Source of the DNA: a virus
Taxonomy: Duplodnaviria; Caudoviricetes
IMG/VR virus record: IMGVR_UViG_2061766007_000586
Coordinates: 128,001-192,000 of that record
Length of the DNA: 64,000 nt
Direction: 5' to 3' (one strand)
The position numbers and the translations under genes were made by a program. Positions 9,524 through 19,810 of this stretch are shown piece after piece (the stretch's first letter is position 1; every line of letters starts with the position of its first letter). The notes beneath the pieces were generated by a model. It worked only from the letters and a program-made list of their open reading frames with translations, had not been told where the DNA came from and made no database searches.

Positions 9524-10353
9524 AATTTTAAACTCTCCTTGGATTTTTGTTTGAAATATTCTTGAGCAGTTAATTGATATTCAATATGTTTTAAAGCAAC
9601 AATTTCTTTCGCTATTGTTCCAAAAGATTCTGCAACTGCAGATCTTTCAAACAAGCAAGCTAAGAAAACGGTCGCATATTCAGATATAACATTCTTGTAG
9701 AAATTATATCTAGATTCTTCTGTGTATATTCTTGTATCTTCTTTACACATTTTCATAAGAGGTGCAAAGTTCGGTATACATCTCGTAATATCAAACTCTA
9801 TATCTCTTTCATGTCCACCACGATTTGCCAGCATACTGTATCGATCAATAGTTGATAATAAATAACGTGCAATATAGTACGTATATTTAAAATCACGTTG
9901 CTTTGAATAAGCAAAGATCGGCATTAAGCAAGCATACCATCCTGGGTTTTCATGATTGTAAGGAAAACGTGTGATACAAAAGATAAATTCATGTAGTAAA
10001 TGAATGTATTTTCGATTAATCGGTGTATCATACGACAAGTAGCCTGCCAATTGATACGCATCATCATCTTCCATCCAGTGCAACTTATAGTTGGCTAAAC
10101 GGAACATAGTAACAAGTAATTCAATTGTGCAGGCATGCACGTCGTATAAATCTTTAGTGTCTTTATGATTTCTTAAAAGAGCTGTCATAGCTCCAACATC
10201 GAACATCTCGATTGGGAAGATGTTTCGATCTGAAGGTGGCAGCTCATTTGCATAGACACTGATGTTTTCGCTTGGGTCGGGGTTAGACGCAAGATATTGC
10301 GTCATAACCGACTCCAAGTTCTTTTTGTAATCGTTTATTTCAGATTGCTTCAT
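9520..10353 (-). CDS. Hypothetical protein
   Basis: 277 aa; ATGA overlap with the topoisomerase stop. Confidence 0.75.
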   Translation of the reverse strand: MKQSEINDYKKNLESVMTQYLASNPDPSENISVYANELPPSDRNIFPIEMFDVGAMTALLRNHKDTKDLYDVHACTIELLVTMFRLANYKLHWMEDDDAYQLAGYLSYDTPINRKYIHLLHEFIFCITRFPYNHENPGWYACLMPIFAYSKQRDFKYTYYIARYLLSTIDRYSMLANRGGHERDIEFDITRCIPNFAPLMKMCKEDTRIYTEESRYNFYKNVISEYATVFLACLFERSAVAESFGTIAKEIVALKHIEYQLTAQEYFKQKSKESLKL

Positions 10354-12848
10354 AAGTCACCCCTGGTCCAAGTATAACCAAAGTCAGAGGCAACTAACTT
10401 CTTACGAGCAGTTGTCTCTTGTCCTAACATGTCGTATAATGTCTGTACATTACCTACGCCATTGATAGTCATGACTGTTCTTGTATTAGCATCCAAGCAA
10501 GTACGCTTCAGTTCATCACGGCTACATTCGCCTAATCCCTTTAAGCGTGTTACATTGAATTCACTATCAAGAACTTCGAAGATCTGTTTTATTTGCCAGA
10601 ACATCTTCGGTTCAGTTTTAATCTTATCTGTCAATTTGGTTGATACAAAGATAGTATAAGATCTCCAGTTATACTGTTCAAGGAACGGAAGAATGTGATA
10701 GCCAATTTCATTGATTAAACGATCAACAGGTACTGAATACTCCACTGATCCTGTGATTAAAGTTAACACATTACTAGAAGCAGTAAAGATACAATCACTG
10801 AGTTTCAAACGATCTTTGATACCTTCAGTATTGACACATAACTGTCCAGTTGTGTTATAGTAGATGAAATCTGTACAATGACACATTTCTTCCACAATGA
10901 ACGGATCAACGGCTAACTTTCTACTTGTATCTTCCAGCATAGATGCGACATACTTAATAAAGTACACCAGATCACGATAAGCACTACCTGTTACTTCAAT
11001 AAGAGGTTGTCCATCTGTCATAACAAATAATGCAATTTGCTGTTGATACATTTCGACTCTGAAGTCGTCTAATGCTTTCTGATCACGAAGATACTTACAA
11101 TTCGTATCATCATCTTTCTTATTCTTCGATTCTTTACTACGAAGAACATAGAGAGGTGGCATGGCGACTTTCACTCTCCCCTGATCAAGGATCAAAGGAT
11201 TGATTTTGTAGAACATTCCGATCAAGAGGTCAATGATACTGAGACCATCAGGGTCAGCATCAGCCATGATTACGATTTCTTTGAAGTTCATATTGTCAAG
11301 ATTTGTATCTCTCGGATGAACTCCAATCAAACGAACCAAGTCTGTAAACACATCGTCTTTTCTACAGGCATCTGGAGATTTGACGAATGTGTTAATACAC
11401 TTACCTCTTAATTCATACACTGCTTGATAGGATGGATCACGAAGCTGAATAACCCAGTTACCTGAAGACAATCCTTCAACAATGTTCAAAGTTGCAACTG
11501 ATTTATCACGAGTCTCACATGCAAAATAGCAGTCAGGACGTGACAATTCAAATGCAACATTCTTCAGAGACTTACCTGTATTCAGTGCTCTGTTCAAACT
11601 CTGACTAAATTTCTTTGTCAGATCTTCTTGAATCAACTCAAACAAACGTTCAAATACAGAATCATCAACACGATCTAATTCATGTGCTAGTGCAGTACTG
11701 TAAATTCTAGAGAAGTCTAACGATACAAATGAAGACTTAGTCTGAGAAATGAACTTGGCATTCTTGTACTGAGCATTCACATAACCATGGAATGGTAAGT
11801 TATACTGCTGTTCAAAGAACGATCTAAGATCACTATTATCTTCATCCAGATATTGAACTAATCTAGATTTAATTACATTCTGCAAAACTGCGATATGAGA
11901 TGCAGTAGCTACAGAAATAATGTTTCCATTTACAATACCTAAAATACCTGATTCACGTTCAGGATGAGCTGTTAAACCAAGACCAATATCATATCCAATC
12001 ACATCGTTCGGATCGACTAAACTGATGTCTTTGTGGAAGTTATACTTCCAAACTGTAGGATCATTGATCTTACATTCCTGACGAGAATAGTCAAACATAC
12101 TAACATGATCAGGACTCTGATAAATAACAGGTCCATTAAACTCAGTGATATATTTCCACTGATCTTTAAACGGCTGGTTAAACCAGTCTTGTGGAAGCAG
12201 GAAGTCAGCACGATAAACAGTGAACTTCACATTTGGTCTAAAGACCGACATGAACTCAAGCTGTTTAATAGTTGTCATCAAACCTCTCTCATCTGTCATA
12301 TAAAGTTTGGTTTCTTTTACGATAGAAGGATCGGTTTCATAGATAACAGTAGTACCGTTTGTGGCATCGTTCTTATCAAGCGGTTTATACTGCTTATACT
12401 CTTTTGTAACACCTTGTTCAAATCGAACACCAGCAAATCCATCAGGACGTTTCGAAATAGAAATAAAGTGATTACTAAGAGCATTGGTAAGTTTACTACC
12501 ACAACCCCAGCATCCGGAACTTAATCCGTAATATGCTGAAGCGTCGTACTTACCAGAAGTAGAACGCTTTGTATAAACATCCTCTAATTTATCCAGAGGA
12601 ATACCACGTCCATGATCTTGTACTGCAACCTGATAATTTTGACCATCCGTGAAGAAGATCATTTTGATATGATAAATGATATTCGGGTCAATTGCTTCAT
12701 CAGTAGCATTCAAACAGATTTCAAGAAATAACTGAACATCTGTATCAATACCACCTGATCCTACATATTGACTTGAATTAATACGATAGTCTTCAAGAGC
12801 TGTAAGAGTTCTAATATTAGAACTATCATATTTCGGTATCGTACCCAT
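10350..12848 (-). CDS. gyrB: Type IIA topoisomerase / DNA gyrase subunit B
   Basis: GHKL motifs EICLNATDE, DHGRGIP, TSGKY, GCGSKLTNALS; TOPRIM VEGLS, LRGK, DADPDG; KGLGE; probable start MGTIPKY with SD AAGGAG. Confidence 0.9.
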   Translation of the reverse strand: MGTIPKYDSSNIRTLTALEDYRINSSQYVGSGGIDTDVQLFLEICLNATDEAIDPNIIYHIKMIFFTDGQNYQVAVQDHGRGIPLDKLEDVYTKRSTSGKYDASAYYGLSSGCWGCGSKLTNALSNHFISISKRPDGFAGVRFEQGVTKEYKQYKPLDKNDATNGTTVIYETDPSIVKETKLYMTDERGLMTTIKQLEFMSVFRPNVKFTVYRADFLLPQDWFNQPFKDQWKYITEFNGPVIYQSPDHVSMFDYSRQECKINDPTVWKYNFHKDISLVDPNDVIGYDIGLGLTAHPERESGILGIVNGNIISVATASHIAVLQNVIKSRLVQYLDEDNSDLRSFFEQQYNLPFHGYVNAQYKNAKFISQTKSSFVSLDFSRIYSTALAHELDRVDDSVFERLFELIQEDLTKKFSQSLNRALNTGKSLKNVAFELSRPDCYFACETRDKSVATLNIVEGLSSGNWVIQLRDPSYQAVYELRGKCINTFVKSPDACRKDDVFTDLVRLIGVHPRDTNLDNMNFKEIVIMADADPDGLSIIDLLIGMFYKINPLILDQGRVKVAMPPLYVLRSKESKNKKDDDTNCKYLRDQKALDDFRVEMYQQQIALFVMTDGQPLIEVTGSAYRDLVYFIKYVASMLEDTSRKLAVDPFIVEEMCHCTDFIYYNTTGQLCVNTEGIKDRLKLSDCIFTASSNVLTLITGSVEYSVPVDRLINEIGYHILPFLEQYNWRSYTIFVSTKLTDKIKTEPKMFWQIKQIFEVLDSEFNVTRLKGLGECSRDELKRTCLDANTRTVMTINGVGNVQTLYDMLGQETTARKKLVASDFGYTWTRGDL

Positions 12849-12894
12849 ATTTGCTCCTTTTATGTTGGGTTTGTGAAATTTCGTCTCTATAGTA

Positions 12895-12904
12895 GTAATA
12901 TATA
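12895..12904 (-). promoter_or_regulatory. Phage early-type promoter (TATATATTAC) upstream of the topoisomerase
   Basis: Contains the exact phiKZ early consensus TATATTAC; a divergent copy AATATATTAC lies at 12937-12946 (+). Confidence 0.65.
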
Positions 12905-13060
12905 GCTCAAGGAACAATGGCTATAAGAAGATATGCAATATATTACCATTTCTCCAAATTTTTAAACTAACGTATTTAGTCCATGTTATGATAATAACCT
13001 TATTATTTTAGGTTAGTTTTGATGTCGTATATTTTCATTTTTATATAGTCGAGGTGGTAT

Positions 13061-13522
13061 ATGGACGAGAACACTATTCCAAAATCTCCAGAAGAATTAG
13101 CATTCGATGAGATGAATACTGCTCTTGAGAGTATCAAAGATAAACGATCAGTACTGATCGATCAATTATTAGAAACAGCACGTACAACAAAAATTGATTT
13201 TGAAAACGATGCTCCAAGAAAAACAGAGATGAAATTATCTCTTATGAAAACAGTAGATGATCTACTGAAATCTCAAGAATCTCTTTACACTGGTAAAGTT
13301 AAAATTAATCTTCAAAAGAAGTCTGAAGAAACAAATGAAGGTATTAAGAAAATGGCTGTTGAAATTCTTAGAAATATCAATATGAATCAACATGCCAATG
13401 CTCCTGTTTCTACAACAACTAATGATGAAGAAAACTTAAAGAAAGCATTTGATGAGATGGTCAATGATGACCCAGATAAATCGATTAAAGATTCAGAATT
13501 AGAAATACCAGATACAAAATGA
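13061..13522 (+). CDS. Hypothetical helical/coiled-coil protein
   Basis: 153 aa, SD GAGGTGG, terminator follows. Confidence 0.75.
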   Translation: MDENTIPKSPEELAFDEMNTALESIKDKRSVLIDQLLETARTTKIDFENDAPRKTEMKLSLMKTVDDLLKSQESLYTGKVKINLQKKSEETNEGIKKMAVEILRNINMNQHANAPVSTTTNDEENLKKAFDEMVNDDPDKSIKDSELEIPDTK

Positions 13523-13526
13523 AAAC

Positions 13527-13553
13527 AGGACTACGGGCTAAGCCCGTAGTCCT
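13527..13553. terminator. Terminator hairpin, near-identical to 19022-19048
   Basis: AGGACTACGGG-loop-CCCGTAGTCCT. Confidence 0.75.
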
Positions 13554-13692
13554 TTAGGTCAAACTTGCGTTTTTTCGTTTCCAATGAACAAACTCAAATT
13601 CATGAAAAGAAAGGATTGAATTGAGAGAGGTAAAAGGCAGGACGTGTAAACGTCCTTTAGAACTAGGGAAACACTTATGTCATTCAAAACGT

Positions 13693-14265
13693 TTAAACTT
13701 GTTCAGCTTTACGTAAAATCCAGCGACCAAGTGATTCACTTAAACACATGGCCCGCATAGATTTTAATGTAAAACGATAATGCTTAGAACGAGTACGAAT
13801 CACACGAGCAAGTTCTTCAAATGATTGATGAATGGAACTTACCATAGTTTTCGTTCTAGCATCCTGAATATTGTGCACACCAAGAAGAGCAACAGCAGGA
13901 TTTGTGAGCTCTTCAAGATTACGTGCGAACCATGCATAGAATTCCTGATAAACTTTCGGATCATTGATACGATTCAAATAGTTACAGAGATTAATCCAAT
14001 GAATCATGGTTGATTCTTTTTTCTGATATGCAGTTGTATAAGCTGTAATCAGCTTTGTTAATTTATCTACATTCGTAGGTGCTTTCTTAGGTGGTTCTTT
14101 CATTTGATTCACTTTGACTGTAGGAGTTGGAGTTTGCGCAGGTCTCGCAAATGAGACGGAGCTACTAATTGAGGAAGATGATGCAAGGGTCACATCACTT
14201 GTTTCAGTTGGGGTTTCATCAGGCATAGTTAAACCTTCATTTAATTTATATTTATTTTTCTTCAT
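13693..14265 (-). CDS. Hypothetical protein coupled to the RNAP subunit gene
   Basis: 190 aa; ATGA overlap; S/T/P-rich N-terminus. Confidence 0.7.
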   Translation of the reverse strand: MKKNKYKLNEGLTMPDETPTETSDVTLASSSSISSSVSFARPAQTPTPTVKVNQMKEPPKKAPTNVDKLTKLITAYTTAYQKKESTMIHWINLCNYLNRINDPKVYQEFYAWFARNLEELTNPAVALLGVHNIQDARTKTMVSSIHQSFEELARVIRTRSKHYRFTLKSMRAMCLSESLGRWILRKAEQV

Positions 14266-15935
14266 AAGACAAACTGATCCAGTGTGTTAGGTTGAAGTTC
14301 AATGAGTTCTAGTTTCGTACCATGCATATTTTTCATAGATGCAAGCATGAAGGTTGTTGAAATATCAACAATCATTAAAGATAACTGCTTCACATCTAAT
14401 TCAGCGAATAATCTACCAACACACTTATAGCAGAATCCATTCTGACACTGGCAATATAACGGACTTCTCATCGTATAAGTTTTTGCTGGTAACATTTTAG
14501 CTAGGTCTTTTGTAATCTCAACCCATTTGTTATCTAATAAAATATATCTACCCATAAATTTTTCAATAGGTACTTTTTCAAAGTCAATTGGTATTCCACG
14601 TTTGGTATGACAATCGTCTAATGTAATACGACTATCATGGAATGCACGAATCACATCTTTAGTTAAAGCACCACCTTTACGGGTTTCATGACCACGCTGA
14701 TAAGAACCTTTACGAGATTCATTACCATAGACTGGTAAGTCTTCTACACGTAATCCATCTTCAAGACTATTACGTAAGAATTCATATTTAGAGGAGTCAT
14801 TGGAGAATGCTTCAATACCACCAACAGCAATATAAAGTTTCTTACGATAAAGGTCGAATGATTTACCACCTTGAGGTGTGTAGAAACGCATAGAGTTATC
14901 ACCCTTTAAATAAGCCTTATCAAGTGCAATTAATTCATTTTCAATTTTTGCAATTGTTTCAGGATCATTTAAAGTGTCTTTATATTTTTCATAAAGTTCT
15001 TTCTTCCTACGAGCAACTTCATCAGAAGTGGATAATGCTCTTTCCGTAATACCAGGAGTACAAAGTTCTGTAAAGTGACCAAGATAGAACAAGCGATCTA
15101 AGCACATACGATAAGATTGAACTGTAATCTTTTTAGCAAGTAATGCTTTATTAATCGTATTGACTACATCTCCCTTGTCAACTAACATTGCTTTATTCTC
15201 AAATGGGAAACTAACACCGAATGGTTCAACAAAAACAAGTTGATTGAAGATAACTCTTCCAACTGTTGTTTCAACTGGTTCTTTGATATTAGGAATAGGT
15301 CCACCTGGTTCAAGATCTAATGTGTCAACTTCAGTCATAAGACGTGTATCAACATTATCACTCAGAATTGTAAGTGAAATTGTTTTCTTTTTTATCAGAT
15401 CATCAAGAGAAGAACAAACTTCAGCAACATAGCTTACTCCATCTTCATCATTCAGTTGAACAATTTCATAATACTCTTGATCTCTGAAATAACGACTTAG
15501 TACATAATCAAAATATTCTTCATTGGTACACTTACGAACTTGTCTGGAAAAGATATCAGCAGTTTCTTGATCTTCCATAGGCAGACTTGTGAAATTCTGA
15601 TATTGAAGAACAAGTCTATGAATATCCTGATTTTCAGTAATCAAAGGAATATTCTTTTCATACATCCATTTGGTTACTGTATCGAGTTTCTGATAATCTT
15701 GTGGTTGAATAGGTTGATCATCAGGATTTTGTAATCGTACAGGATTTGCTAAACTATTTTTCAGCTCTATATATGTGGGTTGCGCGTGCGTGCGCGCGCC
15801 CTCAATCACGCTTTTCTTTAATTCCATTCCTGGCTTGATGCTTCTGGTCAATGCATGAATGAGAAATTTACGAAACTTGAAATGAGATGTATTTCGTAAA
15901 AGAAAATCTTTGAGAACAGGATTCAATTTACTCAT
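14262..15935 (-). CDS. Split multisubunit RNA polymerase beta-prime C-terminal subunit (virion RNAP, phiKZ gp80-like)
   Basis: TTVGRVIFN; bridge-helix-like SRKGSYQRGHETRKGGALTK; DDC and RSPLYC..GFCYKC zinc site; trigger-loop-like ASMKNMHG. Confidence 0.85.
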   Translation of the reverse strand: MSKLNPVLKDFLLRNTSHFKFRKFLIHALTRSIKPGMELKKSVIEGARTHAQPTYIELKNSLANPVRLQNPDDQPIQPQDYQKLDTVTKWMYEKNIPLITENQDIHRLVLQYQNFTSLPMEDQETADIFSRQVRKCTNEEYFDYVLSRYFRDQEYYEIVQLNDEDGVSYVAEVCSSLDDLIKKKTISLTILSDNVDTRLMTEVDTLDLEPGGPIPNIKEPVETTVGRVIFNQLVFVEPFGVSFPFENKAMLVDKGDVVNTINKALLAKKITVQSYRMCLDRLFYLGHFTELCTPGITERALSTSDEVARRKKELYEKYKDTLNDPETIAKIENELIALDKAYLKGDNSMRFYTPQGGKSFDLYRKKLYIAVGGIEAFSNDSSKYEFLRNSLEDGLRVEDLPVYGNESRKGSYQRGHETRKGGALTKDVIRAFHDSRITLDDCHTKRGIPIDFEKVPIEKFMGRYILLDNKWVEITKDLAKMLPAKTYTMRSPLYCQCQNGFCYKCVGRLFAELDVKQLSLMIVDISTTFMLASMKNMHGTKLELIELQPNTLDQFVL

Positions 15936-16216
15936 ATGGATTCATCTCTCTTTGAAAGGTTTAAATTCACAATCTATAGGATAGACATATAAATGATCAT
16001 ATTTTTTAAAAACAAATTTTTCTTTATTTTCTTTTCTATATTCTTTTCTTTTGTTTTGTAAGATATATAAAGGATACGATGAGTATTCTTTATATATCGC
16101 CATATATAGTGTTCCTCAATTCTTTCTTTGTCTTGTTCTTTATTCTTCTTTTCTTTGTATTACTTTCTTTTCTTCTTGTTTCTTATTCTATGTCTTTCTC
16201 AAAAAATAAAGATAAA

Positions 16217-16243
16217 CACAAGAGGTGCTGAGCACCTCTTGTG
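16217..16243 (-). terminator. Intrinsic terminator
   Basis: CACAAGAGGTGC/GCACCTCTTGTG stem. Confidence 0.75.
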
Positions 16244-16249
16244 ATAGAA

Positions 16250-16969
16250 TTAATTAACTTCTTTGAAGAAACTACCCATGCTACGATTATCTTCATCGTT
16301 CGCATGGTGATAATTATTACGATGTGCACGTTCGTATTGACCATTAGGATCATTACGCATTTCATCATCGGCTCTGTATTCTTCTTCGTTTTTCGATTTC
16401 ACTTTTCTGGAACCAATTAATCCACGATTCATCCATGTGAATAATTTACGTCCAGCTTTTGTAATAATACCATCTTTAGCGTCTGATAAAGCACGACTCT
16501 CTAAACCTTCATCAAATGTTTCTTGTGTAGAGAATCCAGCTTGAGCTGTAGCGCTTGTATCAAACTCATTTGGTTGTACAGCTGTGAATCGAATAACATT
16601 CCATTTGATTTTTTCAGCACGAATATGATCAAATCTCCACTTAGCTAAAGTGTAAATAATAAGAGGATTTACCCCTTTGTTTAATTTGATCTCTTCATTC
16701 GTTTTCATACTGATACCAGTTACAATACAACGTGAAGTATAGATTTTGTGCTTATAAACACAAACTAACATTTTAACTGTTAAGTTTTTAATGTTTTGAT
16801 TATCGTGATAATATCTAATTACACGTAATACTGGTTCTGTTAATTTTTGTAATTGATGATTTGGAGTTCTCTTTTCAATCGCTTTTTTCTCTTTTTTAGA
16901 TTGACCTTGAGATTCCTGTTCGTCATCATCAAAAAATCCTTCATCACTACTCATTATTGTTATCCTCAT
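16250..16969 (-). CDS. Hypothetical protein
   Basis: 239 aa ORF followed by a terminator. Confidence 0.7.
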   Translation of the reverse strand: MRITIMSSDEGFFDDDEQESQGQSKKEKKAIEKRTPNHQLQKLTEPVLRVIRYYHDNQNIKNLTVKMLVCVYKHKIYTSRCIVTGISMKTNEEIKLNKGVNPLIIYTLAKWRFDHIRAEKIKWNVIRFTAVQPNEFDTSATAQAGFSTQETFDEGLESRALSDAKDGIITKAGRKLFTWMNRGLIGSRKVKSKNEEEYRADDEMRNDPNGQYERAHRNNYHHANDEDNRSMGSFFKEVN

Positions 16970-16982
16970 TAGGTGTTATAGT

Positions 16983-18014
16983 TTAATCTTTATTTAAACC
17001 GAGCATAGTTCGGTAATCTTGTTTACAAAGTTCTTGTGTAAAAATATAAAGATCTTTTGCAACAATCTCTTCAAGTGGTTTGATACGATTTAACATTTGT
17101 CGTGATGTTAGATTATCGAGCACAAGTGACACAACAAGCATAACTGCTATTTCTTTTGTGTACACTGGCATAGGAACTTTATATTCTTTAAATTTCTTGA
17201 AATGATCTTCCCAATATTCAACATGATGATTGACCTTGAGATGATGTTCTTTTAAAAACACCGGTTCTTCCTTTGGCTGAATATCGTTGTAAGCAGCGAA
17301 TAAAGGAAGTTGATCATTGTTTAATTTTTGGATGTCATAGTTCTTAACATATTTGTCAAGAACTTTTCGATTTAAATCAGAATAGATATCACAGAGTTCT
17401 CTTATATAAACTGAAACTGTTTCGTTTCTTTGCTTCATCTTGTCTAAAAATCTCTTGATAGAATCAACATTCGTATCATTAACTGGTGCTTTATTACGAT
17501 CAGTTTGTTCAACTAATTTGTTAATAATCCCACCAATGTAAGTAGCAAAATCTTGTGTTGAGTACCAATGTAAAGGAGCACGATCAATGAGATCCCATTG
17601 TCTATCGTTTGGTGCTAACTTTGCTAGCCATGGTGCAAGTTCTAAGAAAAGATCTTCAGCAAGATCTGTTGATTCGTAAACGTTTCTAAATTCTGAGAAA
17701 GATTCATCTGATAAATTCTTCAGCATTTCGTATAAATGATTCTCATCGAATTTATCACGTAGTGCAAATAAAGTATCAAGTTCATAACTGTCGTCAACAA
17801 AATCATCAACTACATAATCAGCTTCAATACCAAATTCTTTGACTTCAGCAAAAACTAATTCAAGGGCAACATGGAGAAGATAACGATCTGTAATTTCTTC
17901 TTGTTGATATTCATCAGTAGAACTTTTATATTGTTGGTTTTCAAAATAATCATTAATGACCGGAGATAAAAATCTCGCTTTACTAATGATTTCCTGTTCA
18001 AAAGATTCGTTCAT
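16983..18014 (-). CDS. Hypothetical (possibly virion) protein
   Basis: Probable start MNESFEQ after SD AAGGAG; ~343 aa. Confidence 0.7.
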   Translation of the reverse strand: MNESFEQEIISKARFLSPVINDYFENQQYKSSTDEYQQEEITDRYLLHVALELVFAEVKEFGIEADYVVDDFVDDSYELDTLFALRDKFDENHLYEMLKNLSDESFSEFRNVYESTDLAEDLFLELAPWLAKLAPNDRQWDLIDRAPLHWYSTQDFATYIGGIINKLVEQTDRNKAPVNDTNVDSIKRFLDKMKQRNETVSVYIRELCDIYSDLNRKVLDKYVKNYDIQKLNNDQLPLFAAYNDIQPKEEPVFLKEHHLKVNHHVEYWEDHFKKFKEYKVPMPVYTKEIAVMLVVSLVLDNLTSRQMLNRIKPLEEIVAKDLYIFTQELCKQDYRTMLGLNKD

Positions 18015-18102
18015 AAATAAACTCCTTTTAAAAGAGGGTAAGCATACCATGCTTGGTTATTCTATACATAAATCTTAAAAACAATTATGCAAGGATCTTA
18101 AG

Positions 18103-18951
18103 ATGATGACTCTATTACAAGAATATGAAGAGTGTGAAGATCTGTTCGCATTAACTGATCAATTTGTTGCTTATGGTGAAAAATTAAGCAACATGTTAGA
18201 TAATTTGAAAGTTGTATATCATTGCATTGAACGAGAAGTTAGCAATGAAGGTATTATGCTTCTTAATTCTCTTATCAGTCTTGAAGCAGATATAAATGCT
18301 ACTGCCATGACTGAAGGTAGAGTAACAGCTAGTAAAGGAAATAAAAAATCAGCTTTATCTAATGCTGTTATGAAAGCTCAATCTATTATGGGTAAGTTAA
18401 GAGAGTTTATGAGAACAGCCGGAAATTGGTTTAATACTTTCTTTACAAAAGCTGCAGCAACCGGTATCAACATATCGAACCAACTCACACAACGTATCTT
18501 AGATATTCAGAATAAAAACAATAATCTGAATTATAAAGTGCGTAACATTTATCTCGAAGTAAATAATGCTACCTTGACTCCTTGGCTTGGTCGTATTACT
18601 GGATTAAATTCTCGTGAAGACTTAGCTAAGATGTATGCTGAAATGAGAAACAATTTAGAGTCAAGAGTAGTTAAAGATACAAAGGAATTATCGAAAGAAG
18701 ATATGGTTAATCTTCTTCGTGGATATTCTGAAGCAAACAAACGAATAAGTTCTGAACGAACAACTGCTTCCCGTTTTTATCAATCAACGATTCAGAATGC
18801 ACAAAATGAAAAAGATCAGGCCAAGATCAAATTGTATCAAGACCGAATGACCGCTGCAATCAATTGTGCAAATTATATTGTTCGTTTTATCTTCAGAAAT
18901 TCGATGAAGCTATTGGCTTCAACGGCACAAAATATAAAACAAAATGGATAA
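18103..18951 (+). CDS. Putative internal head protein (phiKZ gp93-like paralog family)
   Basis: Acidic helical propeptide with SNE and SLE protease-type sites followed by a basic helical body. Confidence 0.6.
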   Translation: MMTLLQEYEECEDLFALTDQFVAYGEKLSNMLDNLKVVYHCIEREVSNEGIMLLNSLISLEADINATAMTEGRVTASKGNKKSALSNAVMKAQSIMGKLREFMRTAGNWFNTFFTKAAATGINISNQLTQRILDIQNKNNNLNYKVRNIYLEVNNATLTPWLGRITGLNSREDLAKMYAEMRNNLESRVVKDTKELSKEDMVNLLRGYSEANKRISSERTTASRFYQSTIQNAQNEKDQAKIKLYQDRMTAAINCANYIVRFIFRNSMKLLASTAQNIKQNG

Positions 18952-19021
18952 CAAACGACGACGGGTTTGTGACTGACATGGTGATTTCTCTCCATTTGTT
19001 AGTTCCTTATTGAGGTTCTGA

Positions 19022-19048
19022 AGGACTACGGGGTAAACCCGTAGTCCT
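19022..19048 (+). terminator. Intrinsic terminator
   Basis: AGGACTACGGG/CCCGTAGTCCT plus T-run. Confidence 0.8.
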
Positions 19049-19100
19049 GTTTTATTTTTATGTTTATGCTTAATTTTATAACGAGATAAGAGAGGTAAAA

Positions 19101-19562
19101 ATGAGACCGAAAATTACAATTTACACCGATGGTAGTTATCGAGGAAAACTACGAACCGGCGGATATGCAGCATTCATTACAGATCAATACGGACACTACA
19201 TGTTGGTTGGTGATGGAATGCCTAACACTACAATTTCAAGAATGGAATTATCTGCTATGTTAGCAGGTATTTCTTATCTTCAAGATGGATGTGATGTTGT
19301 TTTTATTTCAGATAGTCAGTATGCTTGTAATGTTGTAAATAAATGGTTATCTGGATGGATTCAAAATAACTTTACAAAACAAGATGGATCATCTGTATCA
19401 AATCAAGATATTTTGTCAGCTCTCCAGTTTCATATTTCAAGAATGCATTCTGTAGAAGCTTTATGGGTGAAGAGTCATACAGGTTACACAGATGATCTAA
19501 GTTTAGGAAATGAATTGTGTGATAATGCTGCTGTTGCTTATGCAATACGAGCAGCAAAATAA
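19101..19562 (+). CDS. rnhA: Ribonuclease HI
   Basis: IYTDGS, RMEL, SDSQY, WVKSH, GNELCD catalytic motifs. Confidence 0.95.
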   Translation: MRPKITIYTDGSYRGKLRTGGYAAFITDQYGHYMLVGDGMPNTTISRMELSAMLAGISYLQDGCDVVFISDSQYACNVVNKWLSGWIQNNFTKQDGSSVSNQDILSALQFHISRMHSVEALWVKSHTGYTDDLSLGNELCDNAAVAYAIRAAK

Positions 19563-19589
19563 AAAAATAAATCATGTATATTAATTTTA

Positions 19590-19801
19590 TGCAAATTGGG
19601 CGCAGGTCAATTTAAGAACTAGACAGGCCGGAACGGTGCACAGTGATGGTGTGCGTAGTTCGGACGTTACTAATTTTCATGTGTGTTGAAATTCGTGCTA
19701 GGAAGCAACCACTACCAAAGCGAACGTAGCTCGTGTGAAAATGGTGATTAATGCGTGTAGTTTGTTTCATACCGGAGCGGGATGGCCATCCCGCTCCGGT
19801 A
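19590..19801 (+). ncRNA. Candidate ~210-nt structured RNA
   Basis: GC-rich ORF-less island after a TTTTATG late-promoter-like site, with two multi-segment hairpins and an ending terminator; strand inferred. Confidence 0.4.
19770..19801. terminator. Bidirectional terminator
   Basis: TACCGGAGCGGGATG/CATCCCGCTCCGGTA perfect inverted repeat between convergent units. Confidence 0.85.
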
Positions 19802-19810
19802 CCTTTCTTT

